A DNA stretch of 64,000 nucleotides from Hyphochytrium catenoides (GCA_900088475.1 FLMG01000154.1:62001-126000), one strand, 5' to 3'. Numbered from the stretch's first letter, positions 52,497-64,000 are shown. Numbers and translations are program-made. The notes: generated from the sequence alone by a model not told the origin.

Positions 52497-53591
52497 GAGG
52501 AGCAGATCAATAAGCTTTCAAGAGCTTACTCTGCGGTCGAAGCTCTAGAGCAGGGTTTGCGAAGTGAAGACACAGGAGATACAGAGGTTATCACCGAGGG
52601 ACTTCGTGTCTTCTTGCTTGAATAGTCAGGAGCTTATGTAAGAAAGTGCTCGAGTCGTCGTTTTGGGCGATAAACGACGGCACTCAGTCACTTTCTGCGC
52701 TTCTGCTTCGGGGAAGACAAATGAATGAAGGTATTCTCTGCACCAGACTCCAGCAGCGTCAAGGGACCGCTGATGGGCACTTGAGAGCAAGGTAGAAGGT
52801 GAGCTCAGCTCAGTCTGACGCTTCTCTTCTTGAGCTCGGTCCGCACACTCTCAGGAGATCCTGCCGTAGATGTGGAGGTTGAAGAGCCAGGCGATTGCGA
52901 GGTCCGGGCTCTCAGGCACAAGAGAAGGAAGAAGAGGGGAAAGGCTGTGGAGAGAGGGAGAGGATGAGGGGAAAGGCCGAAGAAGAGATGGTCCTCCTTT
53001 CCCTTTCTGATCGTCTTCAGAGCAACAGGAGCTTCACGACATCATCACAACCGACTCCATGTCATTGCCTGCCCTGCTATCTCTCCACTCTCTTTCTCCT
53101 GTCTCTTGTGTCTTCCGACCCGGTATTTGGTCTCTTCCTTTCCTTCACTCTGTCTCTACACTCTTCCTCCTCTGTCTCCCATAGGATGATGGTCATCAAG
53201 TTGAATGATTTTGATGCTTGAAACCTCAACCAGGAGTGGCTTAGGATTGGGTTGCTCTGGGCACGACGTACGTAGCGCTTGCTGTGTGGGCGGCGCATCT
53301 TCGAGTTGGATAAGGTCTCCTCTGTCTTGGTAGGGCTGAGATCCTGTTTTGCCACTGCAACTGGACCGGCCAATATTACCACTCTCCATGCACGGTGTAT
53401 TTGTGTGGTGAAGAGGGAGGAGGTCTTCCTACTACTAAGGGCGGAGTTGTTTTAGCGGCGTTCTGACATGTCATAACACCAAGCAAGATCCTCCCCGATT
53501 ACTACTCTGGTTATAGGGGTCACAGGCATGAGTTTGGCAGAGATCTCACATGACCGCCCCCTAGAAGGGTCAGTGTCATCAGTACCTAGCT

Positions 53592-53805
53592 CCAATTGAC
53601 TATTGTAATTCTTAGTCACCAATAGGATCGCGAGGCTCACTCATCTGGCCAATCACATTGGCTCACTGATGACATCATCCTTATCCACGAGTCAAAATCA
53701 CTTTAACTCGCCTTTCTGACCCTTGAAGGCTCAGCTCAGCCAATAATCATGCAGCAATGACCGCCCATTAGCCAATAAGAACTCTTTACTCTCCTAATGA
53801 CCAAT
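53592..53805. promoter_or_regulatory. Cluster of 7 CCAAT/ATTGG boxes with a TGACATCA (CRE/ATF-like) site and nearby GC boxes, 1.1-1.3 kb upstream of the FAS ATG
   Basis: CCAAT at 53592, 53619, 53649, 53740, 53772 and 53801; ATTGG at 53657; TGACATCA at 53670; GGGCGG/CCGCCC near 53440, 53554 and 53761. The regulatory role is inferred. Confidence 0.5.
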
Positions 53806-54326
53806 CACATTACCCTAAGATTGACACCTAAGAAAGATAGAGGATGAAGATCTCAAGTGCAATTCCTTTCTCAACGGCACAGACAAAAGAAGCCGCAGCC
53901 TCACTTAGATTCTATCATCAGGCCCTTGCCACGTTTTCTGAGCAGTGAGAGCTGCTTTCCTACAGACCGCAGAACGACACAATGGGCAAAGCGATGTACG
54001 ACCGCTGCTTCAGCAGTCGTAACCTCATAGTAACGTCGTAACACCCAGCAAGGGCGCTCTGCGATGGCAGCATGGAGACTCACGCTGGGATGGTCAGAAT
54101 GTAGATAAAGGAGATGGAGAACGAAGGTTTCAGCTGATCACTTCTTCCCCAGGTTTTGACAGTTGTATTTGGTGCTGCAGGCTGTCTGAACTGCGCAAGG
54201 ATGTCTGTTCTTGCGGTCACTTTTCTTGGGGACGGTTGAGAGGAAGGGTTCTCGTACTCAGCCGAGACTCTATTGCAAAGATTTTTAGTTATTTCTGATA
54301 CAGATGTTCAAGAAGATGATAGTCTC

Positions 54327-57300
54327 TCAGTCCGTCCCAAACATTGTGTCCAGGAAGACTTGATAGGAGACTTTGGAGTTCGGTTCTCTAAAGAAATAGT
54401 CGGTTAGCAGGTACATCTCGTCATCAGTCAGGTCACTGTTCGTCGACAGCAGAGCTCTCACAAAGGCATCTTCACCTATAAGAGAGGATTGGGGTGCACC
54501 CATCGTCAAATACCTTATACCTCAGCGCGTCACAAAATACGCTCCTTACCTATGAAACCTGACGCATCTTCGTCTTCCTGCCGTAAGCGGCTTCTCAGCA
54601 AATATTTCCGTCCCTGAAACTTGTGAGCCAGCACCTTCACAACCTTAAGAGCTTTATCCATTGAGCCGTGTGTCGGTCCTAACCAGATAGCATCCGCATC
54701 CGTCTCCAAAGGCGGTCTAATTTCAGGATCGTACCTCCCGCCTTTGTCTCGGTTAAGATAAGACGCTGGGCTACGCTTGGAGGATCGCAACGGATCTATT
54801 TGAGGGCCATTTCTCGACCTATTTGCCAAAAGTGTCTGTTCGAAAGCCTTCTCATAACCTTCCCTTTTAGAGATCGGTGCGCCTGTAGTAGAAGGGCCCA
54901 GCTTAAGAGATCCTAGCCCATGTTGCGGCTCCTGGAGGCCCTTGTCCTGATTAGAATATTGATGCGGAGTCCTCTTTAAGGGTAGGTCACCGTTTGTTTG
55001 AGCTCTCCCTGGCTGGGGTACGCCAAGAGAGACCCTAGTAGGACTGGCTTTTAATTCTTCAACAGTATCAACCTAATCCAAGAGTAAGACAAATCACGTT
55101 AGAGCCATGGCTACTATGATCTGGTGAAAGTGACTATACGCAGTAAATGCATCCTACCTTAGCTGATTGGTGGCCAGGGAGTTGCTCGACAGTTTGAGTC
55201 TCAGTACTTTGGCGTAGAGGGACTGCCAACCCACCCTTTGTCGGTTTAGCAACAGCCTGCTTTCTCAACAGGTCTGAAGGATTATGAAGGTTCTGGTCGA
55301 AGTCGCAAGGGTATAACATGTCACAAAGCTCATTGTAATCAATTTTCTCCGCCTGATGCGGATCGACTTCCACCCAGAGTTCGCAGATGTCTTCCTGGCT
55401 AACCGGAGCTTTCAGTACTTGTAGAACTGCCATCAGCTCCTCGATCCCTATAAGCGTGGATGAAGAGTCGAGATATGTCCTTAAATAGGTTCGTAGAGAA
55501 CCAGGAAATCGTCTAAGGCGGGACAAGATATTGTTCAGAGCATCAGGTGTTGCCTGCTGCTGCGACGCCTCTTCCTCCAAAAAGTAGTTCTGGCTCACTC
55601 CGTCGCACAGGTCTCCGTACCAAAGCTCCGCATTGGCTTTATACCTCCTCCGCAAAGTGATGACCTGTTGCGCATTCAGGGCCCCCTCCAGAGGGCCACT
55701 TTTAAAGAGTAACTCGAAAGAATCGGTGTTGATCTTTCCCGTACAGAGAGCGTCGTTTGCTGCCAAAAGTCGCCTGAGAGGAAGCATCTGATGGTAGGCA
55801 AAGTCCTTCAGGGATGAAAGGACGGCGTTGACGTCAGAGAAAGGAAACTCTTGAGGATGAGCCTCGCACCACTTAAGAGTCTCCTCGTCCGCTTCAAGCA
55901 AGACGAAGGTCTGACGCGGCGAAAACTCAAAGGTCACGGTCGCCCCAACATAGAAATCCGACGGCAGGAAATATCGAGGATGATCATCCTTTGCTTCGGG
56001 ATTTCTTCTGTGTCTGCCTCGATCTAGGAATTTGCCTCCTAGCCCCCCTGCCTTTTTGTCCCTTAGCTCGAATATGCTGACCGTATGATCCGCGAGAAAG
56101 TAACTGATCACGAATCGACGCAAGAAGTCAAAGGGTCCTGGCGTCTCTTTGAGACTTGCTTTAAACTTCAGAGCCTGATTTCATGACATAGTCAGACAAA
56201 GATTAATTGGCTATTTCAATAAAGTCCTTGCCTTTCCAGCAAACTCTTCGAATGCGTGGAGATCGTGTTTAGGTGGCTTTGGATGCAGGGAGAATACCGA
56301 CCCTAGACTGTCCTCGTCAGAGCCGAAGCTAATAGGGGGTGGAATCTGCAACGATAGTGTCAGATCGGACGGCATTCCTCCTTTTTGCTGCTCTTCCTTG
56401 CCCGAACCTTCTCAAACCTCATCCCGTCTCTCTTACTACTTCAGGCCCCGAAACGCCAGCTCACCTCTAGAACTGGCTTGGAAGCGGGTGGGTTGGGGTT
56501 GTAAGGCTTCTGCTTGATGTTGAATACCTTTTCATAGTACTGTCGCGTGAACTCATCACAGCCGAAGACCTCAAAATCCCTAAGAGTGGAGAATAAGTAT
56601 TAATTATTAGCTGCGTGCGCCCTCGGCAGCTCGCATCCGTAACTTTCTTTATTCTGAGAGAAATCCTCACATGCCTCCTACCTTCCATAAACATTTAGTT
56701 TCCTTCCACAGACAAGATCCTGAGCCGTATAGAACTTGTTCGCGTGGAGTGAAATAGGGAGCTTTTGTCGCCGGAGAAGCGTCTGAAAGGGCTCAGAGGT
56801 GGGCCTGTCCGGGAGCTCTCTTATCTCTACTGTATCATTGGTCAGGAAAAAGGAAAGCTGATAGGTTCCTTCGTTCCATTTGGCAAGGAACCTTAAGACT
56901 TTGCCTTCATTTTCCCAATACTTCCTGAAATCAGGCGGCTTCCTTTCCCCTACGTGCAGCTCTTCATCCTGAGATGCTCAGGTGGTCAAGAAACTCGTAA
57001 GGTCCTCCGCAAAGGACTAAATCAAAGTACCTTATGCAGCCTTGTTGACCGACGTGGCGCTTCTTTAGAGGGCGCATCATATACTAAGATCTTATCAGGT
57101 TGAGGTCGCTCCAAGACTTCTTGGTAAAAATCTCTAGTCTACGGAGGCAGTTCACATATCACGACGCAGCAGCATTTCGTTCAGCAACATGGTAGAGAGA
57201 GGGACAGATTCGGAAGTGCTAGAGTAACATGTAAGCGCTCAGAATCTCAAATGACTCTTGACACCAACCTGTTTGTCACAGTCCGTAAGGAAAATAGAAA

Positions 57301-59299
57301 ATGCGTAGATGTTGACTGTTGAACCCACAACGAAATCCAAAGGGCTATAAAGGGAACCGTCTGGCTTCGTAACTTGTGTTCGCCTAAGTAACATACCCTA
57401 TGGGATGCATCAGATGCTAGTAAAGAGCGCCGTAGCGCTATTCTAACGATAAGCGGAGCCAACATCGATTGTAGGCGATAAATTTGATTCCGAAAAGACA
57501 CTGAAGCATCACATTACCTGAGGCAATCCACTATTCTCGATACGGGGCTCTAAGATCTGTATAGTGCTATCTAAAAGGAAGAAGCAAACTGCAACCCTGG
57601 CGAAGTGATCAGCCTTCCTTTATACCGTACATGTCCCCTAGAAGACCTACCTGCGTCTGCGTGGACCACCCTCATAATCCGCACTTCCCTTCTCTTCAAA
57701 GAACCCGAAGAACCGTAGCACCTAATATCCGTCGTAAAGTTATTCTTTGTTCGTCAACAGTCGATGCCCAATCCTATCAGAAGGTCGCCATAGCGAGTGC
57801 GAGGACAACGGATAATCGAAAAGAGCGAGATAAAGAATCGAAGCCACAGGATGCCTTGCCATGAAGATTCTCACCACTCTGTCTTTTCCAAGGTACGCTG
57901 CTAACTTTGGAGAATTCAGTGGTAGAAAGTTGCGCCTGGGGTCCTTCTTCTCAGTCGGAGGCTGGGTTATCGTCGTCACCGTCTGCCCAGTAATGGGATC
58001 CCGGGCAACATTGTTGGCTGCTGTTTGGTGCAATAGCTCTGCCCTAGGATTGCCCAAGATCTGCGGCCTATGGTACGACGTTCTTGGCTATGACGCATGC
58101 GTGAAATGGAAAAAGAGGATGGAGGTAAAGGCTAGAGTTAATGATAGCTTGAAGGTTACAGAGAAGATCGATATGGAAAGGTTGATAAGGTTGATAGACA
58201 TCTGTTTAGTACATACAAAAACCGAAGAGCGGTCCGGAAGGATGAGCAGATAGAGTGGGAGATATTAGAGGAAATGGGAGGTGGGAGTCCGACAGCGAAG
58301 CGAAGAGGAACAAGAGCGAAGAGGTGGTGGGGCAGGAATGGAAACATTGCTTCAACATGAGGATTGAGGTTGAGTGAGGTCCTTCACGAGTACCTGCTGA
58401 TAACTTTTGACGCCAGGAATTAAAGGTGGTGCAAATGAGGGGTCTACTCTATTGGCTGGTGAGTCAGCAGCGGCGGACAGCCCGGCTATGGGTCCTTGCG
58501 GGGCCAACCTTACTTTCGAGTCTCTCGCATTCAGTGGCTGACCAATAGGAGAGTAAGCAGGTCTCTGAGACGAAGTAGTCCCACTTTCAGAAGGATAAGG
58601 TGGGCTAGGCTCTAAGGAGGTACCATAAAGACCTGACTCTTCGTTCGGATGACGTCGAATCTCTAGCGGAACTCTTTCGGAGCCTCGCGAGGAGGACATA
58701 CTTGGGTTGAGAGCGTACGGCGAACGATCTGTTACAGCTCCAGAATAAGCTGGTGATTCTGTCCAAGGACCCGGATTGTTTGGGAAAGTCTCCGAGAAGT
58801 GGTTGGACATGACCTTTGAGCCCTCGTCTATTTGATACCTCCCACCAATTGAGCCGAATGGCTGCGTATAAGGCCTGGTAGGCCCGTGTAGCGCCAGATC
58901 GTCCAGATCTGCTGGCCTCGCTGGTCGTGTGTCGGAAATTGATCGCGGTGCGTGTGCCACGGACTCATCGTTGGCGTGTCGGAGAATAGCTTTGGGAGTC
59001 GCTCTGGTCTGTCTTATAGGACTCGTGTGCTCGGCAATCTTGAGTTGGGACCGATCTTCAAGTGAGCCGTAATATACGGCTGGTTTCGTCCATGACTCAT
59101 CAACCTTCTGCTGACTGTCATCAACAAGAGGCTCGGTATAGCTAGACTCTGAGACCAGCGTTTGCGCTCGGACCTCGTCTTTCAGAGGTTGCCTCGCTGT
59201 CGAGAGCTCCCAGGCTGCATTAGGTGAAGCTCCTCCGGAAGATGAGGGCTGCTTGACTGGGTTCTGCAGCCCTTGCCGGAGCATCCTTCGCCCCATCAT
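54327..59299 (-). CDS. EFHC1/EFHC2 (RIB72)-like protein: three DM10 domains plus EF-hand-like repeats, with long low-complexity extensions; about 12 exons
   Basis: DM10-1: DRV|VLRFFGFF..DSTIQILEPRIENSGLPQ|GMLLRR. DM10-2: GKVLRFLA..FFLTNDTVEIRE..VYGR. Linker: FGSDEDSLGS..PKPP. DM10-3: ALKFKA..RRFVISYFLADHTVSIFE..GGKFL..DFYVG..EADE. C-terminal EF-like motifs: DPHQAEKIDYNEL and DEDASGFI. Confidence 0.88.
56175..56231 (-). other. 57-nt GC-AG intron in the EFHC-like gene
   Basis: AAG|GCAAGG...aatcag|GCT joins FAGK to ALKFKA, the start of a DM10 domain. Read-through hits an in-frame TAG before any GT. Confidence 0.8.
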
Positions 59300-60790
59300 A
59301 ATGCACTTTAGCGCCCCGATTTAGCGCTGTAAGTACGGCGTTCCGTTCAGGTCTGCTCATACACTGTCCACCAGCCACGAGCGAGTCAGCAGGTTCAGGA
59401 TGACGGAGCGCCTCGGGGTCAAACAGCGGCACAGTGCATCGTAGACCTACTTTATTGGGAAGCGGCAGGCTGTTATGAAGGGTTATTGAGTTGTTGAGCT
59501 TGCCATGATGGCTTTCAAACCTCGCGCCTTCAACAACGAAGAGAAAAACTTGAAACCCTTTGCTCCCAATTCTAGAGCAACTGTTCCATATTTGACGATA
59601 CGTTAATAATCAGCCTCCAGAAATAACTTTAGTATGTGAAAATTCCTATCATTTCCTTTCCCGTCTCTTCACTCGATCGATTATAATAGGTGTTAATTAT
59701 TCCACGAGACTGGTGAATATGGGTAGCTGACACTGTTTGAACTGCCCTTACAGAGAGTTGTGAGTTGTTTCATCACTTCAAGGCTCAAGGCGGAGGTCGA
59801 AGCTCTGAAGACGAAGAGGCAAAGTGATTTCAGGATGACCGCCCGAGGGTTGCCGGCACAGGTTGATCAGATGCTTCACAAGGTTGTGGGTCACGCTATG
59901 GGCGGGTCGTCCTGAGTGGAAGAGTAGGACTAGGCCCTCGCTGTGTTGCACTGGCCTCCTTCACGACAAGATAGGTCAGAGCGACTCCTAGCGGAGGATC
60001 AGGGCCATATCTGCAAATGGAGCTCACGTTAAGGTGGCTTGGGCCACAAAGGGTAGATGGTGATACTCTTTCTCTCTCTACTAGACAGTGTTGAAGGCTA
60101 TTGAGATAAGACATTAGGTGTGATGATGGAGGCTGAGTACGACAGCATTACATATCAGTTGTTTGTTGAAACATAAGCTAGAGTGGTCGGACCTATGACA
60201 GCTACTCCTCCGTTCTATCAAACAAAGCTTGTCATTGCGTTTGATCCAGTATCAAGGAGAGGAACTAAGTTTGGCCAGAGAACGCTTTGTGCCCGCCTAT
60301 ACGTGCACCAGTTCTGTCCCAAAGCCACATCAGCAGCTATAGACAAGCGTGCCTTGAGTGAGTGAAGATTAGTAGAGTTCTCCTCGTTATGCAACATACA
60401 GGCGCTGTCTGTGCGGTGTGGGGACATGGAAGGACAGGCGTAATAATGTATCTTTCCCCGGCCCATCTTTCTCCTGCATCTGTAGGGGATTGTTGCACGC
60501 CATCCCCTCAATTATATCGTCCTCCACTCATTTGCTCAATCCCAACCTCAACCCATGGGATCTGTACATGCCATCCCCAGGAGGTTATATGAACCCTCAT
60601 ATGAGACAGCGGAGCAGATGCTAAACAGCCATCTATTCCTGGTGGTGATCAGACCCTCCACTGCAGTTATTTTCTCTGTTTCTCTTGGCTATCGACCTCC
60701 CCTTTCTACGTACCACCTTAGCAGCAATGATTGGAAGAGGTTCCTCCGAGCGAGAATGCGGCACCCTATCCTCCAGAAAGTGATGCGTTG

Positions 60791-61231
60791 TCAGCTTCTT
60801 CCTAGGAGCTTGTCGTGCGTTAGGGGAACGTAGGTCTCCACAACTGTGTTAGTGCCAATTGGCCGTTGCTGCACCTTCCAAAGCGCATTGGTCCAAAAGA
60901 GATAAGACGTCCACCAGAACCTCTTGAGAGAGCTGTGAAGCTCGATGCCATTGAACGGCTTAGGGATCTCTTCTTCTTCGGAGTCAACCGACATCTCGAC
61001 CACGGCAAAACACATACCTAAGGACTCCACTGAGTACACGTGGTTAACCCTCCGTCGAGGCTTCTTCATTCCCATCCAACTTCCGGTACAGGGTCCGAAG
61101 TGAAGCCGAGTTACCACTCTGCAGAGGAACAGCGTTGTAACTTAAGACTGTTACTCCGGTAGATGGAGTATCTTCGTCCTCCAACGTCAAAGGAGACATC
61201 TCTTCAGCTCCTCCATCTTCTCCATTGTCTC
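60791..61231 (-). pseudogene. Degenerate coding relic, possibly Mutator/MULE-like transposase fragment (left arm)
   Basis: Frameshifted frame reading DNGEDGG..STEG, then ELHSSLKRFWWTSYLFWTNALWKVQQRPIGTNTVVETYVPL. This resembles the W..W..R..TNNxxES region of MULE transposases (weak match). Confidence 0.4.
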
Positions 61232-61329
61232 TTTCGTGCGGAATAAGAAGGTCGTTCAAAGGGTTTGATTGTCAAGACTAAAGGCAAAGGTCCTTAGTGG
61301 CGCGCTTGGCTGCGATGTAGCTGAATGCC

Positions 61330-61840
61330 GAGACAATGGAGAAGATGGAGGAGCTGGAGAAATGTCTCCTTTGACTTCGGAGGACGATGATACTCCACTT
61401 GCCAGAATCACAGTCTTAAGGTACAGCGCTGTTCCTCTGCAGAGTGGCGACACGGCTTCACTTCAAACTTTGTACCGGAAGTTGGAGGGGAATGAAGAAG
61501 TCTCAACAGAGGGCAATCATGTGTACTCAATCAAGGTCTTAGGTATGGTTGCTCTGGTCAAGGTGTTTGTTGTCTCTGGAGAAGATGAGATCTCTAACCC
61601 TTTCCACTCGCCTCGAGCTTCACAGCTATCTCAATAACTTCTGGTGGCCGTCTTATCTCTTCTAGGCCAACGTGCTTTGGAGGGTGCGACAACGGGCAAC
61701 TGGCACCAACACGGTAGTGGAAAGCTACTTTTCCTTGCTGCACAGCAAGCTCCCATGGAAGGAACTGACCACGCTTCGCCATCTGGAGGAGTGGGAGCGG
61801 CATATGAGAAGAGAAATTCCTTCAATAGATTGCTGCTAAG
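61330..61840 (+). pseudogene. Degenerate coding relic, possibly Mutator/MULE-like transposase fragment (right arm)
   Basis: Paralogous frame with an indel and an internal stop: ELHSYLNNFWWPSYLF*ANVLWRVRQRATGTNTVVESYFSLLHSKL. Many differences from the left arm are synonymous in this frame. Confidence 0.4.
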
Positions 61841-62415
61841 GCGGCACTTTAGGAGAGCTCGACGGCCAAGAGGAAGAGAGATAATAGCAGTGGAACCCTC
61901 TGCCCACCACCAAGAAGTAAATGGATGGCTAGTGTGTGGCTATCCTCTTCCCTGTTTCTGCTAAGGATTGATGATGCGGCGTTAAGGGATGGTGTGTACA
62001 GGTCTCACCATTGAGAGGTTTGGAATGAAGGCGGCCCAATATAATCGAGGGGATGGCCTCTGTGTGTGAAAATCCCCTACAATATGGACCAGGAGTGGAG
62101 AGGCTGAGGAGAGATAGCCACTTAGGGAATATGTGCATTACATGGCAGAGACAGTGATTGCTAGTCAAGTTAACCTACAGTCTACTGCTTAGCAGAAAGA
62201 ATAGGACAGCAATAAAGAGACAACCGCAGGAAGTGGAAGCTTGAAGTGGACCCCAGACGGTGAAGGAATGGGAATATATGTACATGCTCTCAAGAGGAAT
62301 GGGCTGAGCCGTCGAGGACGATGAACAAAGAGCAGGATTACAAAGATAACGATGCGGGTGCAGGCTCGCTCCTTCAGCTAGTTCCTAGTCCGCTATGCGC
62401 CCTCGCACCCACTCT

Positions 62416-63804
62416 CTACATATCTTTCAAAGTAGGAGGAATGATACTTGATTTCCTTTGTCTTGATCCACTGCGTTGCATAGCCTCTTGCCAAGCAGTG
62501 ATTCCGCTGTTAGCTCTTTGACTTCCGAAAGCCTGTCCTGTCTCCCGGCCAGTCTCCCTTCCTGTCTCACTTGTGTCACTGTCTTTTCGGGCTGTGGTCG
62601 ACGCTCGAACAGTAGCAACTACCTTAGTGCTGACCACTTCCGATACTCCATGCCACTTTCGTCCTCCCCCACTAGCTCCCGTGAATCGACTGCCTGTTCT
62701 CGTCAGCGTCTGCATAGAGTCAGCGGATGGGCTCTCTGGCCTGGCTCTCGCAGAAGAGTTGGCCTGTCCGGTAGTAGAGGAGTCCTTCGCTCCCTTTTCC
62801 AGCACGTTATCAAAGCTGCCGGAGTCCTTGCTTTTCCTTGAAAGAGACAATGCAGTCGCAACATGAAGATTTGGGTCTTGAACTCCTCTACCAATCCTTG
62901 CATCTAGCCTCTCCTTAGCCCTCCAATCTTCTTCTTTGGCTGAATTTTGGGACATCTCTTGAGATTCTTTCCGAGCCGTTGCAACGAAAGGACTCCGCTG
63001 TGGACGTTTGCTCATTTCGCGTTGGGCATGGTGTGCAGCGGCAGCGTCGGTTCCGTCAATCACGTTCTCCAGTTCAAAAGGCTCGTCAGTTGTGCTCGGG
63101 CGACCCACCTCCTTTCCTTGGGCCTTCGCAGCCAGTGCAGGACGTTTAGAAGTGAGGTCGGGAGAAGGATCCACTACATGAGTAAGACCTTCCCTGCTGC
63201 TGTCAGAGTCTAACAAGGGGCTAGGTGCCCTGCCGCTGCTTCGTGGACTTGCAGGGCTCGTTTGGCTGAGGAGGCTAGCCCCTACGTCTAAGTATAGTGG
63301 TGCATGAGGCCCGAGATGGACCTGAAGAAACTCTTCACACTTCTCCTCCTGCTGTCGCTGAAGCTTGCTGGCTGGCGTCGAGACCCATGACTTCTTCCAG
63401 CCCGATTCTTGAGTCTCTGGCTTTACCAGCATGCTCTGCTTCATACTTCCGCCTTCCTTCTCAGTGCTACTTAGATCTATTGTGGCTGTTTGCTGGATTG
63501 GCTTTTGATAGGCGCTTGACAGATAAGACGTCTCTCCCTGGAAAGATATCTCTTTCCTATCTCTGACAACATGCGGTGCGCTCTCTCTCAGTCCGTCGAG
63601 CGCCAGCTCATCAAAGAGCCCCTCATACATTCCTAGGCCACCCGAGCAGATGCTGTCGATCACCTTGGCATCTATGAACCAGGAGGCGAGGTACGGGAGG
63701 ATGCCAGATGAAAAGAAGAGAACAGTAGGCACGCCTATAAACGTGTCAATGAAGAAACCAGCGGAAAAGGACCACAACCAGGTCCAACCTTCTCCTTGAC
63801 GAGT
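62416..63804 (-). CDS. 3' exon of a hypothetical membrane protein (TM segment then long Ser/Thr/charged disordered tail); 5' part lies beyond the window
   Basis: A ~460-codon open frame begins at the ttgtag acceptor (63805-63810). Hydrophobic WLWSFSAGFFIDTFIGVPTVLFFSSGILPYLASWF is followed by a low-complexity tail. No family recognised. Confidence 0.75.
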   Translation of the reverse strand, partial: TRQGEGWTWLWSFSAGFFIDTFIGVPTVLFFSSGILPYLASWFIDAKVIDSICSGGLGMYEGLFDELALDGLRESAPHVVRDRKEISFQGETSYLSSAYQKPIQQTATIDLSSTEKEGGSMKQSMLVKPETQESGWKKSWVSTPASKLQRQQEEKCEEFLQVHLGPHAPLYLDVGASLLSQTSPASPRSSGRAPSPLLDSDSSREGLTHVVDPSPDLTSKRPALAAKAQGKEVGRPSTTDEPFELENVIDGTDAAAAHHAQREMSKRPQRSPFVATARKESQEMSQNSAKEEDWRAKERLDARIGRGVQDPNLHVATALSLSRKSKDSGSFDNVLEKGAKDSSTTGQANSSARARPESPSADSMQTLTRTGSRFTGASGGGRKWHGVSEVVSTKVVATVRASTTARKDSDTSETGRETGRETGQAFGSQRANSGITAWQEAMQRSGSRQRKSSIIPPTLKDM

Positions 63805-64000
63805 CTACAAGGCAAAGAGTAAGCTCTAGTGGGATGACATTTGGCGGTAGACAGATAGGGGAAGGACCAAGACCATGGAGCCAAGTAGCGGGGAAAGGTC
63901 ACTTGGAAGCACAGCAGTGGTTAGTTGATGGTAGGACAGATCAATGGGAAGACGAAGACGTGGCGTGAGGACCTAGAGGTAGGGCATGAGGGCATTCACC

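Larger units (their letters stand above)
60481..62081. repeat. Long diverged inverted repeat: arms ~60481-61231 and ~61330-62081 (~750 bp each), ~98-bp spacer
   Basis: The reverse complement of the left arm aligns to the right arm, from gagacaatggagaagatggaggagctg at the inner ends to atataa(t/c)gaggggatggc and aatcccctaca at the outer ends. About 86% identity over the inner ~180 bp by manual count, lower outward. Confidence 0.93.

Noticed and set aside
57845-57870. Second candidate GC donor (ATG|GCAAGG) in the EFHC-like gene
   Set aside because: An upstream canonical donor GTG|gtgaga gives the expected DRV|VLRF junction.
61140-61210. Alternative frame of the palindrome arm reading VSFDVGGRRYSI, resembling a BTB/T1 domain start
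   Set aside because: The frame is flanked by stops in both arms and the substitution pattern favours the other frame.
1-64000. Possible non-standard genetic code because known proteins are fragmented across many ORFs
   Set aside because: Nearly every break checked is explained by a phase-consistent GT-AG (once GC-AG) intron; long exons have no internal stops.
1-64000. tRNA, rRNA, snRNA genes and CRISPR arrays
   Set aside because: None recognised by eye; tRNAscan-SE or Infernal would be needed to exclude small RNAs, especially intronic snoRNAs.

Overview
This is eukaryotic genomic DNA (about 50% GC, many short spliceosomal introns, (CT)n/(GA)n tracts, one 31-N gap) from a flagellated protist. 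A stramenopile origin is my inference from the GPCR-PIPK, the single-chain FAS and the DM10 protein; it is not proven. I hand-spliced the ORF track into 11 gene models: (1) an ADCY10-type soluble adenylyl cyclase with a FYVE finger inserted in its STAND module and a C-terminal PH domain, running off the left edge; (2) a zinc-ribbon/BRI3-like membrane protein; (3) a GPCR-PIP kinase fusion; (4) an M36 fungalysin; (5) an ankyrin protein; (6) a malonyl-CoA decarboxylase fused to a cyclic-nucleotide-binding domain and ending in PTS1-like SRI; (7) RRP6; (8) a small 3-exon protein that may be N-myristoylated; (9) a 16-kb single-chain fungal-type fatty acid synthase with two ACPs and a C-terminal PPTase; (10) an EFHC/RIB72-like protein with three DM10 domains plus EF-hands; (11) the 3' end of a membrane protein. 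Non-coding highlights are a dense CCAAT cluster upstream of FAS and a 1.6-kb diverged inverted repeat made of transposase-like relics. The most intriguing hypothesis is that a receptor-lipid kinase, a phosphoinositide-targeted cyclase, a cNMP-sensing MCD and FAS within about 52 kb form a signalling-to-lipid-synthesis neighbourhood. The individual domain fusions are seen in the sequence; their functional linkage is inference.
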